Assembly: GCA_964517215.1 (NCBI GenBank)
Contig: CAZFBR010000001.1
Span: 24,907 to 88,906 of the forward strand
From: an uncultured bacterium
GTDB taxonomy: Bacteria; DAOPZR01
Direction: 5' to 3'
DNA length: 64,000 bases
This document shows positions 17,151-25,607 of this stretch, in pieces. The stretch's first letter is position 1. Every line of letters begins with the position of its first letter. Under the pieces are notes generated by a model. That model was not told the origin of the DNA. It worked only from the letters and a program-made list of their open reading frames with translations, and did no database searches. Position numbers and translations under genes: made by a program.

Positions 17151-17728
17151 CCGCCACCACCAGTGTTGTGCTCGCCGGCGTCGGCGGGCAGGGCATCCTG
17201 CTGGCCGGCACCATCATCGCCCGGGCCGCGCTCAGCGCCGGGTTCGATGCGAAAACCAACGAAGTGCACGGCATGGCCCAGCGGGGCGGGTCGGTGATCG
17301 CCCAGGTCCGCTTCGGGCATGCCGTGAACAGTCCGCTCGTCGAGGAAGGCACCGCCAGCGTGCTGGGCTCGCTGGAGCTGATCGAGGCGCTGCGCTTTGC
17401 GCATTACCTCGCGCCGGACGGGCTGGCGGTTGTTTCCACCCAGCGCATCATTCCCGTCACGGTCTCCTCGGGCAAGGCCGCCTATCCCGCCGATGCCGAG
17501 GCGCGGGTGCGGGCCGCCTTTCCCCGGCTGGTTCTGGTGGATGCCATCGCCGAAGCGCATGCCCTGGAGGATGTGCGCACGGCCAATGTCATTCTGCTGG
17601 GCGCCATGGCCGGCGGGCTGGCGATCCCCGCCGACGCCTGGCGCGAGGCGATTACCGCCAGCGTCAAGCCGCAATTTGTCGAGCGCAATCTGCGCGCCTT
17701 CGCCCGCGGCCAGGCCCTGTGCCGGTGA
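17147..17728 (+). CDS. iorB: Indolepyruvate ferredoxin oxidoreductase beta subunit
   Basis: VLAGVGGQGILLAGTIIARA...MAQRGGSV (pyruvate-ferredoxin oxidoreductase gamma-like fold); ATGA overlap with iorA. Confidence 0.9.
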   Translation: MTATTSVVLAGVGGQGILLAGTIIARAALSAGFDAKTNEVHGMAQRGGSVIAQVRFGHAVNSPLVEEGTASVLGSLELIEALRFAHYLAPDGLAVVSTQRIIPVTVSSGKAAYPADAEARVRAAFPRLVLVDAIAEAHALEDVRTANVILLGAMAGGLAIPADAWREAITASVKPQFVERNLRAFARGQALCR

Positions 17729-17730
17729 GC

Positions 17731-19002
17731 ATGTTCAACCCCGCCGCGGAAACGCTTCCGGCGGAGGCCCTGCAGGCGCGGCAGCTGGAACTGCTGCGCG
17801 CGCTGGTGGCGCGCGCCCGGGCCGGCAATCCGCTGCACCGGGCGCGGCTGGCGGATATTGCGGTGAGCGATTTGCGCACGACCGACGATATCGTCCGGCT
17901 GCCGTTCATGGACAAGGAACTGTTCCGCACGTCCTATCCGGTGCAGCTGGCCCTGACCCCCGCCGCGTCGTTTGTCGAAATGCACATGTCCTCGGGGTCC
18001 ACCGGCACGCCGGTGGTCATGCCCTACACGCGTGCCGACCTGGCGCAGTGGGCGGAATGCATGGCGCGCTGTTTCATTATGGCCGGGGCCCGGCCGGGTG
18101 ATCCCGTGCAGATTACCCCGTCATTCGGGCTGTTCAACGGCGGGTTCGGTTTTTATCACGGCGCGCGTGCGGCCGGGCTGTTCATCATTCCCACCGGCGC
18201 GGGCAACACCCAGCGCCAGCTCCGGCTGGCCCGTGACTTCCACACCCGCGTGCTGACGGGGGTGGTCTCGTACGGCCTGCGCTGCCTCGAGGTGCTCGAA
18301 GAGACGGGCGGACGACTGCCCGACCTGCAGATCGGCATGTTTGGCGCCGAAACCTTCTCCGAGGCGCTGAAGGAAAAGTTCCGCACCGCCTTCGGCCTCG
18401 AGGTCTTTGACATCTACGGCATGACGGAAACCGGCGGCGTCGGCACCCTGGGCATGGACTGTCCCGCGCACGACGGCATCCACCTGTGGGAGGATCACTA
18501 TCTCGCGGAAATCATCGATCCGGCGACCGGCAACCGGGTTCCTGACGGCACCGCGGGCGAACTGGTGGTCACGTCGCTGACCCGTGAGGCGCTCCCGGTG
18601 ATCCGGTTCCGCACCGGCGACTGCACCCGCATCGTCAGCCGCGCGCGCTGCGCCTGCGGGCGCACCCACCTGCGCCTCGCCCCGGTCACCGGCCGGGTCG
18701 ACGACATGCTCATCATCAAGGGGGTCAATTTCTTTCCCCGCCAGGTCGAACAGGCGCTGATGGCCATTCCCGGGGTGGGGAACAACTGGCAGATCATTAT
18801 CGAGGAGAACTGCGGGGTCAGGGATGTGCGCGTCAATGTCGAAGCCGCCCCGGCAGTCACCGGCTATCTGGTGGAAAAAGCGCTGAAGGAAGCGCTCGGC
18901 TTCTCGCCCAAGGGGGATGTGTTCCCGCTGGGCGCCCTGCCCCGCCAGGAAGGCAAGGCCCAGCGCGTGTTCCACCGCCAGCCCGACGGCTCGCTGCGCT
19001 GA
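17731..19002 (+). CDS. paaK: Phenylacetate-CoA ligase family (aryl-CoA ligase, PaaK-like) paralog 1
   Basis: HMSSGSTGTPVV (P-loop), YGMTETGGVG, RFRTGD, DMLIIKGVNFFP motifs; internal ATG chosen because the upstream extension overlaps iorA. Confidence 0.85.
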   Translation: MFNPAAETLPAEALQARQLELLRALVARARAGNPLHRARLADIAVSDLRTTDDIVRLPFMDKELFRTSYPVQLALTPAASFVEMHMSSGSTGTPVVMPYTRADLAQWAECMARCFIMAGARPGDPVQITPSFGLFNGGFGFYHGARAAGLFIIPTGAGNTQRQLRLARDFHTRVLTGVVSYGLRCLEVLEETGGRLPDLQIGMFGAETFSEALKEKFRTAFGLEVFDIYGMTETGGVGTLGMDCPAHDGIHLWEDHYLAEIIDPATGNRVPDGTAGELVVTSLTREALPVIRFRTGDCTRIVSRARCACGRTHLRLAPVTGRVDDMLIIKGVNFFPRQVEQALMAIPGVGNNWQIIIEENCGVRDVRVNVEAAPAVTGYLVEKALKEALGFSPKGDVFPLGALPRQEGKAQRVFHRQPDGSLR

Positions 19003-19011
19003 CGGGTTGCC

Positions 19012-20157
19012 GTGCTCGCATATCTCGGTTTTTTCGCCATCTATGTCCTGGGGTACGGCGGCCTGCAGTATTGCTGCTGGCGCAAACTGCGGCATCTCGT
19101 CCGGGGCCGGCGGCAGCGCGTGCTGTTCATGGCGTGGTTCATCCTGCAGCTTGCCCTGCCCATCCTCACCCGTGTCGCCGAACGCAGCGACTGGCTGCTG
19201 ACCGCACGGCTGCTGGCCTGGCCCGGCTACCTGTGGATGGGATACAGCTTTCTGCTGTTGGTGTTCGCGATGCTGATCGACCTGCCGGCAGGACTGCTCG
19301 TTCTCCTGCGCCGCCGCCGCCCGGACGCGGTTCCGCCGCCGGGAACCCCGCGCATCTTCAAACTGACCGGTCCTGTCGCCGCCGTGCTGGCGCTGCTGGT
19401 CACCCTGTACGGCGCGTATGCCGCGCGCCAGATGGTGATCGAACAGCATACCCTCACCACCGGCAAACTGCCGGCCGCCCTGCCCCGCCTGCGCATCGTC
19501 CAGATCTCCGACCTGCATATCGGGATCATGACCGACCCCGCCCGGCTGACCGACATTGTCGCGCAGGTGCGCGCGCTGCAGCCGGATCTGCTCGTCGCCA
19601 CCGGCGACGTGGTCGACGGGACGATGGCGCCGCATCAGGCCGGCGCGGCCGCCTTTGCCGCACTGCAGCCGCGTTACGGGAAATTTGCCGTGACCGGCAA
19701 CCATGAGTTTTATGCCGGCCTGGCCCAGGCCCTCACCTGGCTGAACGACGCCGGGTTCCAGGTGCTGCGCGGGGAATCATCCAATTACCACCGGGTTATC
19801 AACCTTGCCGGCGTCGACGATTACGCGACGAACGGCGAATTGCCGCGCGCGGTCGATGAACGCGAACTGCTGGCCACGCTGCCGCGCGACCAGTTCACCC
19901 TGCTGCTCCGCCATCGTCCGGACGTTCCGGCCAATACCGTTGGCCTGTTTGATTTGCAGTTGTCCGGCCATACCCATCGCGGCCAGATCTTTCCCTTCAC
20001 CGGCGTGGTCTGGCTGGCAACCGGCCATACCTCCGGCTGGTATGAAGCAGGGAACAATTCGCGCTTGTATGTCAGCCGCGGCCTCGGCACCTGGGGCCCG
20101 CCGCTGCGCGTGTTCTCCCCGCCGGAGATTACGGTGTTTGATCTCGTGCGCGGATAG
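19012..20157 (+). CDS. Membrane-anchored calcineurin-like metallophosphoesterase (YkuE-like)
   Basis: N-terminal TM helices; ISDLHIG, ATGDVVDG, VTGNHEF, GHTHRGQ metallophosphatase motifs. Confidence 0.75.
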   Translation: MLAYLGFFAIYVLGYGGLQYCCWRKLRHLVRGRRQRVLFMAWFILQLALPILTRVAERSDWLLTARLLAWPGYLWMGYSFLLLVFAMLIDLPAGLLVLLRRRRPDAVPPPGTPRIFKLTGPVAAVLALLVTLYGAYAARQMVIEQHTLTTGKLPAALPRLRIVQISDLHIGIMTDPARLTDIVAQVRALQPDLLVATGDVVDGTMAPHQAGAAAFAALQPRYGKFAVTGNHEFYAGLAQALTWLNDAGFQVLRGESSNYHRVINLAGVDDYATNGELPRAVDERELLATLPRDQFTLLLRHRPDVPANTVGLFDLQLSGHTHRGQIFPFTGVVWLATGHTSGWYEAGNNSRLYVSRGLGTWGPPLRVFSPPEITVFDLVRG

Positions 20158-20162
20158 CGCGC

Positions 20163-20945
20163 TTATCCGGTCAGCATGATCACCGCGGCCTGACGGCCGG
20201 TGACCCCGTCGCGACGGTAGGAGAAATAGGCGCGGTTGCAGATGGTACAGTCCGGGGAGAGTTCAATCCGGTCTGCCGGCACGCCTGCCGCCAGCAGTTG
20301 CGCCCGGTTGATCCCGGCCAGGTCCAGCGTCGGCTGGCCGTCGGGCGCCCGCCCGATGAACTGCGCCGCGTCCGCCGGCCGGGCCGCACGCAGTTCCGCC
20401 ACCGCCGCCGCATTCACCGCATAGCAGCAGCGGCCGGCGGCCGGACCGATCGCGGCCTGCAGGGTGCGCGGCGCGCAGCCATACCGCTGCACCAGATGCC
20501 GCACCGCCGCCCCGGCGGCATCCGCCAGCGTGCCGCGCCGGCCGGCGTGCATTGCGGCAACCGCCCGCCGCTGCGGGTCGAAGAGCAGGAGCGGCAGACA
20601 GTCGGCAGTGCGCACCATCAGCGCCACCCCCGGGGTGGCCGTCGCCAGCCCGTCGCACAATCCCGCCCGCCCGCCGGGCACCGGTCCGGTCACATCGATC
20701 AGCTCGATGCCGTGCACCTGTGTGGCAAAGCAGACCTGTTCCGGCGCCACTGACAGGAATGCGGCCAGCCGGCGCAGGTTTTCCGCCGTTGCCGCGTCAG
20801 CATCACCGACATGAAATCCGAGGTTGAGCGAGGCATAGGTTGCCGCCGACACGCCGCCCGCGCGGCGCGTAAACAGCGCCCGGCATCCGTTGCCCGACCA
20901 GTCGGGTTGCAGCCCCAGTTCGGCATGGTTCATGGCCCGCACCAT
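20163..20945 (-). CDS. pgeF: Peptidoglycan editing factor PgeF (YfiH/DUF152 family, laccase-domain)
   Basis: ...LNLGFHVGD..., QVHGIEL, MVRTADCLPLLLFDP, AAMHAGRRG motifs; start placed at the MVRAMNHAE Met inside a longer frame. Confidence 0.75.
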   Translation of the reverse strand: MVRAMNHAELGLQPDWSGNGCRALFTRRAGGVSAATYASLNLGFHVGDADAATAENLRRLAAFLSVAPEQVCFATQVHGIELIDVTGPVPGGRAGLCDGLATATPGVALMVRTADCLPLLLFDPQRRAVAAMHAGRRGTLADAAGAAVRHLVQRYGCAPRTLQAAIGPAAGRCCYAVNAAAVAELRAARPADAAQFIGRAPDGQPTLDLAGINRAQLLAAGVPADRIELSPDCTICNRAYFSYRRDGVTGRQAAVIMLTG

Positions 20946-21079
20946 ACCCGTTTTTCGCCGCCCGCGCAAGATGGCGCGCGCCGGCGGCGCGGTTGACTTT
21001 TCCGGCAGGGACGCGATATACTCGGCGCATGGTTGGGTGCGCGCCCGCAGCGACGCCGCCCGCACGGAGGAATGCGGCA

Positions 21080-21553
21080 ATGATCGAGCATATCCGCAAA
21101 AAGATTATCGATGAGCTGAGTCAGCTCAAATACGAACTCGAAGTGACCCTGCCCAAGGCAATCGAAATTGCGCGCGGGCACGGCGACCTGTCGGAGAATG
21201 CCGATTACTCCGCCGCGCTCGAACGGCGTGATTTCTGCCAGGCCCGCGTGGGGCAGCTGTTGCAGCGTTCGGCGATGCTGCAGGATGTCAAGGAAGAGGA
21301 TATTCCCGTCGGCGTGGTCGGGCTCGGCTCGCTGGTCACGGTGTATGACAACGAAGACGAGGAGGAGGAGCAGATCGAGCTGGTGGTGGGCGGGAGTGAG
21401 ATCAAGCCCGGCCAGGTGACGATCAGCTCACCCTACGGCAAAGCGCTGACCGGACACAAAGTCGGGGATGAAGTCGCCATTACCCTGCCCTTCGGCACCC
21501 GCATGGTGAAGATCACCGGGCTGAAAACCATCCACGAAATCGTCAAGGGCTGA
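21080..21553 (+). CDS. greA: Transcription elongation factor GreA
   Basis: RBS GGAGGAA; 157 aa; DLSENADYSAA coiled-coil tip motif; FKBP-like C-domain (VTISSPYGKALTGHKVGDEV). Confidence 0.9.
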   Translation: MIEHIRKKIIDELSQLKYELEVTLPKAIEIARGHGDLSENADYSAALERRDFCQARVGQLLQRSAMLQDVKEEDIPVGVVGLGSLVTVYDNEDEEEEQIELVVGGSEIKPGQVTISSPYGKALTGHKVGDEVAITLPFGTRMVKITGLKTIHEIVKG

Positions 21554-21557
21554 ACGC

Positions 21558-21587
21558 GGCCGCTGGCGGCGCCGGGAGCGGCCGCGG
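21558..21587. terminator. Bidirectional stem-loop between convergent greA and the GT2 gene
   Basis: GCGGCCGCT-ggcggcgccggg-AGCGGCCGC 9-bp perfect stem immediately after the greA stop; no obvious U-tract. Confidence 0.3.
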
Positions 21588-21686
21588 TCTCCGGCAGCCG
21601 CCGTATCCCCGTGAAGGAATTCCTGCCGGCGCCCGCGGCCAACCGGCAGCTGCGTTTCCGCGGGAAGCTGATGGCAGCGGCCGGTG

Positions 21687-23096
21687 TCAGGTGCCGAACC
21701 CGCGCCGGGTCATCCGCCCCCAGCCCTTGCGGCGCAACAGCGCGGAAACAATTCCCTGCAACCGCCAGAAATTGATCAGCTGGCGATAGCCGAAATTCTC
21801 GACCAGCGCCAGCGCAAACAGCAGGACGACATCCCGCAGCCGCTGATAGCGGCGCAGGGTCAGTTCCTCGAGTCCCACCGCCGCCAGCGACAGCACCGCC
21901 CCCAGCACAAATGCGACCATGAAAAACGCCAGCGCATAGTGCGGGGTGACAATACCGCCGGCCACCGAAGCGGCAAACACCACATAGCCGAGAAACTCGA
22001 TTACCGGACCCAGCATCTCCAGAAAATAGAAATAGGGGAAGGCGATCAGGCCGATGCCGCCGTAGCGCGGATTGAACAGCATGCGCCGGTGCCGGGCCAG
22101 GGTTTCGGTCAGACCGCGCTGCCAGCGGTCGCGCTGGCGGCGCAGCACGGCAAATTTTTCCGGACATTCCGTCCACGCCACCGGATCGGGGACAAAGCCG
22201 ATGCGGTACGGCACCTGCTGTTCGCGGCAATACCGGTGCAGGCGCACCACCAGTTCGACATCCTCCCCGACCGTGTCGCGGGTATAGCCGCCGGCGCACA
22301 CCACCACATCGCGGCGGAACACGCCAAAGGCGCCGGAGATAATGAAGGTGGCGTTGACCGCATCCCAACCCATGCGCCCGGCGAGGAAGGCGCGCAGGTA
22401 TTCCATCACCTGGAAACGTGCCAGCCATGAACGCGGCAAGCCCACCTGCCGGACCAGGCCGTCGCGCACTGTGCAGCCGTTGACGATGCGGATGATTCCG
22501 CCCGTGGCGACCACCCGGGTGTCTTCGACAAAGGGCCGGACAATGCGCAGCAGGGATTCGCGTTCAAGCAGGGTGTCCGCATCCAGGGCACAGAAGAGCG
22601 GCGTCCGGCAGAAACTGACCCCGACGTTAAGCGCATCGGCCTTGCCGCCGTTCTCCTTGTCGATCACCCACAGCTGCGGATAGCGCGCGCTGCGATAAAT
22701 CCCCCGCACTGCCTGCGCCGGCAGCGCCGCCGTCGGCAGACGTGCCGCCGGCTGCAGGGCATACGCCTCCTGCAGGCGCGCCAGCGTGCCGTCCTGCGAG
22801 CCGTCATTGATGACCATGATCTCGTAGTCGGGATAGATCAGGGTCAGCAGCGCCCGCACGCTGTCCACGCAGGTTTGTTCCTCGTTATAGGCCGGGGCCA
22901 GCAGCGTCACCGGCGGGGCAATATCGCCGGTCAGCACCTGCGCCGCGTCCAGCGCCTTCAGCCGCCGGGCATACCGGGTCAGGCCGCGAAACGCGAAGAT
23001 GCTGGTCAAGAGATAGACACTGTTGACCGCGATGAAATAGGCGAGCACCAGCCAGTTGAAGGCATGCAGGATCGACCAGGCCAGGGCGCTGCTCAT
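21687..23096 (-). CDS. Membrane glycosyltransferase family 2, processive PgaC/IcaA/NodC-like (2 N-terminal plus 3 C-terminal TM helices)
   Basis: LLAPAYNEE, D-x-D (ALDADT), GG (ATGG), QRDRWQRG (Q-x-x-RW) motifs; 469 aa from the internal ATG that ATGA-overlaps the upstream gene. Confidence 0.75.
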   Translation of the reverse strand: MSSALAWSILHAFNWLVLAYFIAVNSVYLLTSIFAFRGLTRYARRLKALDAAQVLTGDIAPPVTLLAPAYNEEQTCVDSVRALLTLIYPDYEIMVINDGSQDGTLARLQEAYALQPAARLPTAALPAQAVRGIYRSARYPQLWVIDKENGGKADALNVGVSFCRTPLFCALDADTLLERESLLRIVRPFVEDTRVVATGGIIRIVNGCTVRDGLVRQVGLPRSWLARFQVMEYLRAFLAGRMGWDAVNATFIISGAFGVFRRDVVVCAGGYTRDTVGEDVELVVRLHRYCREQQVPYRIGFVPDPVAWTECPEKFAVLRRQRDRWQRGLTETLARHRRMLFNPRYGGIGLIAFPYFYFLEMLGPVIEFLGYVVFAASVAGGIVTPHYALAFFMVAFVLGAVLSLAAVGLEELTLRRYQRLRDVVLLFALALVENFGYRQLINFWRLQGIVSALLRRKGWGRMTRRGFGT

Positions 23097-24142
23097 TGCT
23101 GCTGCTCCAGTTGGCGGAACAGCGCGGCGCGCGGATGCCCGGCCGCCGCCAGCCGGGCCAGTTCGCCCGCGCCGTGCAGCCGCTGCAGCGCCCGCGCCGC
23201 CGCCATCGCCACCCATACCGAGGCATCGTCCAGCAGCGGGCGCAGGAACGGGGCATCGGCCGGCAGCCCGAACGCCGCCAGGGCGGCCGCCGCCTGACCG
23301 CGCAGAATCGCGTCAGGATCCCGCAGCAGCAAACGGACCGTCGGCAGCTGTTCCGCGGTCCCGACCGCCGCCAGCAGGCGCAGCGCGGCGGCGCGCAATT
23401 CGCGGTCGCTCGTTGTCGTCGCTGCCAGTGCGGCGGCGGGTGCGGCGGCGGCGGCATGATGCAGCTGCCGCAGCGCTTCCGCCGCCACGAGGCGCGTCTG
23501 CACCGGCGCCTGCGCGTCGGTGAAGCAGGCCAGCAGCTGGTCGCTGGCGGGCGGCCGTGCCAGGAGTGCCGCCAGATACCGCGGCTGCCACAAGGCAAAG
23601 CGCGGCATCACGGCCAGCAGTTCCGGCAGGAACCGGGTTCCGGCGGTTGTCGCCAATGCCCGCGCCGCAGTCATCGCCACCAGCGGAGAGCGATCCTGCA
23701 GTGCCGCGAGAAACAGGGTCTCATACCGGCCGGCGGCCAACTGGCCCAGGGTCTGCACGGCCCGGGCACGCTGCTCCGCATCGCCGTTAGCGGCCTGACC
23801 CTCGATATGCCGGAGATACGGCAGTGCGAGCTGGCTCAGCCGCTCGGCTTCGACGCCGCGCAGGCGCTGCCGCAGGCGCAGCAGGTAATCGAGAAAACGG
23901 GCGGCATCGGCCGGGGCAACCGCCGGCGGTGCCGCCGGCTCGCCGGCCAGCGCCGCGAATACCGGCGCCTGCCACTCCTGTTCCAGCCGAAGCCAATGCG
24001 CTGCCCGCCGCCGGTTGCGCCGTCGCAACAGGATCGCGCTGCAGGAAAACGCCAGCGCCAGCAGCAGCAGGAGCGCGATGCTGATAGCCAGGATCCGGAG
24101 CAGGTGATCCTGCGCCGTCAGGGAAAAAAAGGCGGTGAGCAT
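23093..24142 (-). CDS. Membrane-anchored HEAT/PBS-lyase-like repeat protein
   Basis: N-terminal TM helix (ILAISIALLLLLALAF), then repeated ~30-aa units of the form xxVRxxAAxALGxxG; stop overlaps the GT2 start (ATGA). Confidence 0.6.
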   Translation of the reverse strand: MLTAFFSLTAQDHLLRILAISIALLLLLALAFSCSAILLRRRNRRRAAHWLRLEQEWQAPVFAALAGEPAAPPAVAPADAARFLDYLLRLRQRLRGVEAERLSQLALPYLRHIEGQAANGDAEQRARAVQTLGQLAAGRYETLFLAALQDRSPLVAMTAARALATTAGTRFLPELLAVMPRFALWQPRYLAALLARPPASDQLLACFTDAQAPVQTRLVAAEALRQLHHAAAAAPAAALAATTTSDRELRAAALRLLAAVGTAEQLPTVRLLLRDPDAILRGQAAAALAAFGLPADAPFLRPLLDDASVWVAMAAARALQRLHGAGELARLAAAGHPRAALFRQLEQQQ

Positions 24143-24145
24143 CAG

Positions 24146-25585
24146 CTATTTCCGGCGCAACAGCCGCCGGGCGCGCGCCACGAGCTCCGTCGGGGAGAAG
24201 GGTTTGGTCAGATAGTCGTTGGCGCCCAGTTCCAGCCCGCGGCTCAGATCGTGCTCCGCACTCAGTCCGGTGAGGATGATGACCGGCACACCGGTGCAGT
24301 CCGGCCGGGCGCGCAGTTCCCGCAGCACCTGCAGACCGTCCTTGACCGGCATCTGCACGTCGAGAAGGATGAGGTCGTACCGCTCGTGCGCAACGGCCTG
24401 CAGCGCGGCCTGGCCGTCCGCAACCTGATCGACCGTCATTCCCTCGCGCTGCAGGCGATGGCTGATCAGGGCGACGAAGAGCGGATCGTCGTCGGCCAGC
24501 AGGACCCGCTGACGCTGGCCGATACTGCAGGATTCCGGGGTTACCGTGCAATTGCGTCCATGGCTTTTTGCCGCCTCAAGGCAGCGCGCGGCCGCATCTG
24601 CCGCCAGCGGCAGCTCGGCAACCGTGACCGGCACCACGCCGGCGGAAAAGGTCGGCGGCGGCGGCGGGTCTGTCGCCAGACGCTGCCGCACCCCCGCGAT
24701 TGCCGCTGCCACCGCCGCCAGCGGTCCGGCGGCATACAGCAGGAGCACGGCGCTGTCCGTCCAGCGACTGATTGCGACGGGCGCGGGGGTCGCTGCGCGC
24801 AGCAGCCCGAGCAGCCGGCGCAGCAAGGCATCGCCCGCGGCCATCCCGCGTGCGGCGTTGAGTGCGGCCAGATTATCGACGTCCAGCATCGCCAGGCATG
24901 GCGGATTATCCGCGGCGGCGGTCCGGACTGCGCCGGCAAACGCCGACACCAATGCGGCGCGATTGCCGGCTGTTGCCAGCAGGTCCGGTGGTGCGGCGGT
25001 ATGCTGATCCAGTTGCGCACTGACCGCAGCCAGGACCTGCGCCGGGGCAAAGGGTTTGGCGAGACAGGCTGCCGCCCCCAGCGCCAGGCATTCGGCCTGC
25101 ACCGCATCGCCGATCCTGCCGGAGAGCACAATCACCGGAACGGTGGCGGTTGCGGGCTGTTCCCGGAACTGCACCAGCAGATTGCGGCCGTCAATGTCAC
25201 CCAGCATCAGATCAAGCAGAATCAGGTTGGGCGGTTGCGCCGCAATCAGCTGCTCCGCCTGGACCGCAGTGGCAGCGCTGAGGACCGTCCGGCCCGGTCC
25301 GCGCAACAGGTCGCCCAGCAGCTGGCGCATGGCCTCATCATCGTCGATAATCAGTACGGTCGCGCCGGCCGCGCCGGCCATGGCATCGAGTGCCGCCAGC
25401 AGTTCGCGGGCGGCCGCCGCCATCTCCTCCGGCGGCGCGGTCCGCACCCGCTGCTGCGCTGCTGCCACGGCGTCGGAAACCGGCTCCGGGATGGTCGCTG
25501 CCAGCCGGCGGACCGTGGCGGCCAGCTCCGTCGCCGATTCCTGATGGGTCAGCGCCAGCCGCAGCGCCGCGCGCGTGGCATTCAT
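24146..25585 (-). CDS. Response regulator, REC - degenerate GGDEF - REC
   Basis: REC1 (LIIDDDEAM...LLDLMLGDIDG...AKPF), GGDEF-like core (LAMLDVDNLAALNAARGMAAGDALLRRL) with the GG[DE]EF position reading RWTDS, REC2 (LLADDDPLF...LLDVQMPVKDG...TKPFSPTEL). Confidence 0.7.
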   Translation of the reverse strand: MNATRAALRLALTHQESATELAATVRRLAATIPEPVSDAVAAAQQRVRTAPPEEMAAAARELLAALDAMAGAAGATVLIIDDDEAMRQLLGDLLRGPGRTVLSAATAVQAEQLIAAQPPNLILLDLMLGDIDGRNLLVQFREQPATATVPVIVLSGRIGDAVQAECLALGAAACLAKPFAPAQVLAAVSAQLDQHTAAPPDLLATAGNRAALVSAFAGAVRTAAADNPPCLAMLDVDNLAALNAARGMAAGDALLRRLLGLLRAATPAPVAISRWTDSAVLLLYAAGPLAAVAAAIAGVRQRLATDPPPPPTFSAGVVPVTVAELPLAADAAARCLEAAKSHGRNCTVTPESCSIGQRQRVLLADDDPLFVALISHRLQREGMTVDQVADGQAALQAVAHERYDLILLDVQMPVKDGLQVLRELRARPDCTGVPVIILTGLSAEHDLSRGLELGANDYLTKPFSPTELVARARRLLRRK

Positions 25586-25607
25586 CGGCGAATCCTGGTT
25601 GGGGCAG

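Noticed and set aside
17032-17730. Long N-terminal extension of paaK1 (ORF 17032-19002)
   Set aside because: It overlaps the iorA C-terminus and iorB in another frame. The homology to PaaK begins at the ATG at 17731, right after the iorB stop.
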